The notes beneath the pieces were generated by a model. The model was not told the origin of the DNA and did no database searches. It saw only the letters and a list, made by a program, of their open reading frames with translations. Positions 59,717 through 64,000 of a stretch of DNA of 64,000 nucleotides are shown here, one piece after another. Each line of letters starts with the position of its first letter. The first letter of the stretch is position 1. Source of the DNA: Anaerohalosphaeraceae bacterium (GTDB lineage: Bacteria; Planctomycetota; Phycisphaerae; Sedimentisphaerales; Anaerohalosphaeraceae); NCBI GenBank assembly GCA_963675525.2, contig CAXXSL010000013.1:288001-352000 (forward strand), in the 5' to 3' direction. The translations under genes were made by a program, and so were the position numbers.

Positions 59717-61759
59717 ATGACTTGTTTCCGGAGTGGTGCAGGAAAAGTAAAATCAAGTGGTTTTAAAAATAATTATTACACCGTGGTTTTTTATGCCGTG
59801 ATTTTTGCCGGACTTTCATTGTCAGGCAGCGCTGCACGATATATGGAAAACCTCGATCGCGGTGTGGTCGCGGTTCGGACCGGCAGCGGCACCTTTGTGA
59901 GCTGGCGTTTGCTGGGATTGGACCCTGTCGGCATGGGTTTTAATCTCTACCGTTCAACGGGGGGCGGAGCAGCCGTCAAATTGAACAGTTCTGTTTTGAC
60001 TAACGGTACCTGCTATACCGATACGACAGTAAATATCGCTCAGGACAACGCCTATTATGTAAAGCCGGTTATCGACAATATCGAGCAGGAAGCCAGCGGT
60101 TCCTATACACTCAAAGCCAATACTGCAGAAGAACCGTGCGTCGTGGTTCCGCTTAGCAGTGGTAACACTGACATCGTCCACTTCGTTTGGGTTGGCGATC
60201 TTGACGGCGACGGCGAGTACGAATTCGTTGTTGACCGTCTTAACTGGGAGGGACGCCCACAGGCAATCGAGGCGTACAATCGCAACGGGACCCTTCTGTG
60301 GTCAATGGATCTCGGACCCAACAGCACGGACACCTACAACATCGAACCCGGTTCGGCTACCATCGATGTCGGCCACTGGGATGGCGTCACCGTCTATGAC
60401 CTTGACGGCGACGGCAAGGCGGAGGTCATGATCCGGACGGCCAATGGCGTCACATTCGGCGATGGCACAACTCTCACAAACAGCAATGACAATAACCAGT
60501 TTATCTCGGTGCTCGATGGGATGACCGGAGCCGAACGTGCGAGAATACAAATCCCGACGGATTATATCGCCGATGGGCCGATGGGGGCTCAGTTTGGAAT
60601 TGGCTACCTGAATGGCACGACTCCCAGCCTGGTTGCGGTCATGAAGAACCGTATCGGCAGCGGGGCCTTCAACATGATGGTCTGTGCGTGGGACTTTACA
60701 GGATCATCGCTGGTGCAGAAATGGAAATGGCTTCGGGGTTCGCAGAACTGTCCCGACGGTCACCAGATGCGTGTTGTGGACGTCGATGATGACGGGCAGG
60801 ACGAAGTCTGTGAGATCGGTTTTGTACTCGATAGTGATGGTACTTTGCTTTACAGCCTTGGCGATAGCGGTGTCGTCCACGGCGATCGCTGGCACATCGG
60901 TAAATTTGACCAGAATCGCTCTGGCCTTCAGGGATACGGCATTCAGCAGGACAACGCCAGCGGTTTGCGCGAATACTATTACGATGCCGGTACAGGAGAA
61001 ATTCTGTGGACGTATGTGGGCGCTGTTGGGGACATGGGACGCGGTGATGCCGGCGATATTGACCCGCGTTACCCGGGTTATGAAGTCTGGTCCTTTGACG
61101 GTGTCTGGAACGGTCCCAGCGGTACACAGGTTAGCCCAACTGGTACCGAACCGTGGCCATCCCTGCGTCTGTGGTGGGATGGGGATGATTTAAGTGAGAG
61201 CTACAACGATGGAAAGATCGAGCAGTATGAACCGTACAGCACATCGACCGGACGCCGGGTCAGCCGCCTGGTCTCGACCTGGTATTACCAGACCGCTACA
61301 GGCAGTGACCGTGGTGCTCCGATGTTCTATGGCGATATCTTCGGGGATTGGCGGGAAGAGGTCGTCATGACAAGTTCCGACTACACGAAACTGGTTATCT
61401 TCACAACAGATATTCCGACGAGCCGACGCCTCTATACGCTGCCGCATAATCCGGAGTATCGCAATTGCATGACCGTTAAGGGGTACATGCAGTCGCATCA
61501 GGTGGACTATTACCTGGGGGACGGCATGACAACCCCGCCTGCGCCCAATATTCAGCTTGCAGGGGTCAAATTCAATCCGGCTGATATTGTTGAAGACGGA
61601 CGCATCGACTTTTATGACTTTAGCGTATTAGCTGTACAATGGATGGATTCTCCGGCCCTGCCCTCTGCGGATATTGCTCCGGTCGGTGGTGACGGTACGG
61701 TTGACGATTTGGATTTGCAGATCCTTTGTGATAATTGGCTTGTTATCAAAGAAGAATAA
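59717..61759 (+). CDS. Second PL11-family rhamnogalacturonan lyase with dockerin-like tail
   Basis: MENLDRGVVA, VHGDRWH, GDWREE, TLPHNPEYR, ADIAP.GGDG.VD. Confidence 0.9.
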   Translation: MTCFRSGAGKVKSSGFKNNYYTVVFYAVIFAGLSLSGSAARYMENLDRGVVAVRTGSGTFVSWRLLGLDPVGMGFNLYRSTGGGAAVKLNSSVLTNGTCYTDTTVNIAQDNAYYVKPVIDNIEQEASGSYTLKANTAEEPCVVVPLSSGNTDIVHFVWVGDLDGDGEYEFVVDRLNWEGRPQAIEAYNRNGTLLWSMDLGPNSTDTYNIEPGSATIDVGHWDGVTVYDLDGDGKAEVMIRTANGVTFGDGTTLTNSNDNNQFISVLDGMTGAERARIQIPTDYIADGPMGAQFGIGYLNGTTPSLVAVMKNRIGSGAFNMMVCAWDFTGSSLVQKWKWLRGSQNCPDGHQMRVVDVDDDGQDEVCEIGFVLDSDGTLLYSLGDSGVVHGDRWHIGKFDQNRSGLQGYGIQQDNASGLREYYYDAGTGEILWTYVGAVGDMGRGDAGDIDPRYPGYEVWSFDGVWNGPSGTQVSPTGTEPWPSLRLWWDGDDLSESYNDGKIEQYEPYSTSTGRRVSRLVSTWYYQTATGSDRGAPMFYGDIFGDWREEVVMTSSDYTKLVIFTTDIPTSRRLYTLPHNPEYRNCMTVKGYMQSHQVDYYLGDGMTTPPAPNIQLAGVKFNPADIVEDGRIDFYDFSVLAVQWMDSPALPSADIAPVGGDGTVDDLDLQILCDNWLVIKEE

Positions 61760-61761
61760 GC

Positions 61762-61905
61762 TTATTGGCAGCAGGACAATTGCACTCTGGATTTGAGTAT
61801 TGATTTAAACGGGAACTGTTCGATTGATATAATCAATTTCTTGTTGATCGCTCAAAACCGGCTTGCCGGCTCATAAGCATCCCGGTCATCTGCAGATTTT
61901 GGGGA
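61762..61905 (+). repeat. Degenerate 144-bp copy of the 3' end and downstream DNA of the first PL11 gene (59470-59613)
   Basis: Ungapped. Translates as YWQQDNCTLDLSIDLNGNC...LAGS*, versus YWQQDNCNLDLIIDMNGDC...LAGS* in the intact gene. Confidence 0.88.
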
Positions 61906-61917
61906 TAAAAAGTATTT

Positions 61918-64000
61918 TTATTTTTCCCCTATCGATTTGACTCCGAGGCGGAGGGAGACGCCAAACTCCTTTTCTAATTGATCGGGGGTCACCATCATCT
62001 CATCATGACCGTCGGCAAAAACAACATTCGTTCGGGCCTGTCCCCTGTCGACGACACTGTCAAGCATCTGTTTGTCATAAGCAATGGCCGCGTAGTCGGG
62101 ACGCTCAATGGCCTTAAGATTGCCCTTGGGCAGATAAACAACATGCTCATTTACCCATATAAAAAGGTCGGGCTCAAGATACGGTTTCAGCACATCAAGA
62201 TCGGGCGGCAGCATGGCATTATTGTCATCGGCATATAAACGACAGGCCAGGGCAAGTTCTTTCAGTTTCCGGGCGGATGCCACATGTGCCTGTAGGTCCG
62301 ATTTTTCCGTTTCAATTTCCACCATAGCATTTGTATTGTCTGCAATATCTTTCATGGTAGGTACAAACGGATTCTCGTCTTTCTCACCGGCTATCCTGAC
62401 AGCATACATCAAAGTCCTAATGACGTTGCCGTCTTTGATAAAATCGCGTCTCCAAAGCGGCAGATATTTCTCGCTTAGCCCAACAGGTTCTTTGAGCACG
62501 TAAGTACGTATCTGGTCGCATTCAGGCAGAGCGATCTGTTTTTTCGAACTCGACGCCGCGCCATCGTAACCGTTCAATCCTTCATGTGACTGACTGTTCC
62601 GCATCAGGTAGTCCAACTCGTCGCCCTCTTTCGATATAATTAGCTGATAATCTACATTGGGGCCATCTGCCGGGTTTGTTAATGTTCCATCTGTACTCCC
62701 CCAGTATCCACGAATGGAATCACCTTCTATTTTAAATGAGGTTCGAGCAAGGCGCACCGGCTTGGTCAGATTCAAACGCCAGTGATACCGTTCGACTCTG
62801 CCGTCATTGTCTGAAGCAATAAATCGCACGGGCAAGCTAATATCCTCAACCTGCACAGTGGGAGCAATTTCCACCTCTGTTTTGCCGCCGGGGCCATTTT
62901 TCTTTTCATAAATCAATTTGGTATTATCAGAGATTATAATTAATCGTCCGTTCTCCAGAGACACGTCTGCCCATTCGTTTCCCACAAATACAAGTTTGTC
63001 CTTTTCAAAAACGCACTTCGTCACACCGGTATGATACTGACCCTCACTATCCATGCCTTCGGAGGCAACCGTTCCATCCGGCCTGATGGTTAATAGAGCT
63101 GTCTTAACTTTTGAATTATTTTGGCCTTTAATTTCACCTGTTTCCCAAGTACCCAAATAGGGTTTTAACTTATGTGCAAAATCTTCTTTACCTGAAGACG
63201 GAGAACTGGAGACTGAAGATTCTGCTTCTTCTGCCTTCTGCCCATTGCCTTTTGCCTGTTCTATCTCCACCTCTGTTTTCACTGCGGGATGAAGAGCGTC
63301 GTATTCATCGTAGGTGTAGACATAAATGAATTTATCCTTAACAACATAGGTATGATCGGTACCGCAAACCGCTTTCAGGGCCTCTTCAAACGTTACGTCA
63401 TAGAGATTGGTTACCTGATTGATACCACCCGTCATTTCCGACGGAACAATATTCTTTTGATACATTTTACCTAATATCTGCAATGCTTTTACTCTTGGGT
63501 TATCTCCATCAAATGAAATGTTCATACGCCCATCAGTAAGTATAACCTTGCCTTCTTTTACTTCTTCTTCTGAAGTCTGGCGACTGGTAACTGAAGACAT
63601 TCCTATCGGGTCGCTTGCGCTCGATACTTCCATTTGGTTTCGTAATTCTTCGGTGGAACACTTCAGTGCAAGAATTGATTCCAATGCCACCTCAAAACGT
63701 CCCTCTTCAATCAGTTTTTTTACGTCTTTCAGTTGAGTCAGCACAGCTCCTGCCTGAGGTTCAAACGACGTGTTTTTTTGTGCTTTTTAATACTACAGGT
63801 GCAAAAGCAAGCATTTGATCTATCATCATTAAAGCACCCTCGCAATCATCAAATAACAAAGGAGCATGCAGCATGCTCTCTGACATATTGCCAATCGCTT
63901 CAAGCGTCTTGATCGCAGTCTGACTATCGCCTTCTGCCGATTTGTCATTCGCCGATTGTTCATCGTCAATCGAAACTTCCACCTGTGTTTTGACGCCGGG
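61918..64000 (-). CDS. Large modular protein, partial (STN/secretin-N-like, lipocalin-like and H-X9-DG-like modules); probable +1 frameshift in the T7 run at 63773-63779
   Basis: ORFs 63761-63982 and 61918-63744 join as ...LKSTKNTSFEPQAGAVLTQLK... after removing one base; the frame stays open to the window edge; ends NVVFADGH. Confidence 0.7.

Overview
A bacterial chromosome segment. By inference it is from a Planctomycetota (Phycisphaerae/Sedimentisphaerales-like) organism, based on prepilin/H-X9-DG proteins, a PEP-CTERM protein, dockerin-like tails and extended ECF sigma factors. Left to right it holds: (1) a minus-strand VTC/TTM-domain, DUF4956, HlyD, TolC operon followed by a large secreted lamin-tail/CotH-type protein that runs off the left edge; (2) fused otsAB and a GH15 hydrolase; (3) murE-murF-mraY followed directly by a LarA-family racemase; (4) a transglutaminase, an extended ECF sigma factor, and a 2 kb repeat-rich spacer with a truncated IS110; (5) recJ, priA and tRNA-Pro(CGG); (6) a surface-glycan cluster, a UDP-GlcNAc pyrophosphorylase, uvrA and nfi; (7) a pectin/rhamnogalacturonan locus (ECF sigma, FecR-like anti-sigma, two prepilins, PEP-CTERM, two PL11 lyases); (8) a modular protein that runs off the right edge. 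The best candidate for an undescribed system is the VTC-DUF4956-HlyD-TolC(-CotH) unit, a possible polyphosphate synthesis-and-export machine with no classical pump. Other highlights: an in-frame palindromic repeat inside nfi, a circularly permuted DNRLRE-like domain in the anti-sigma, three genes bracketed by 120-185 bp degenerate direct repeats, and a 24-bp linker repeat separating unrelated domains. Several +1 homopolymer frameshifts suggest long-read errors. All family calls come from motif recognition by eye, not database searches.
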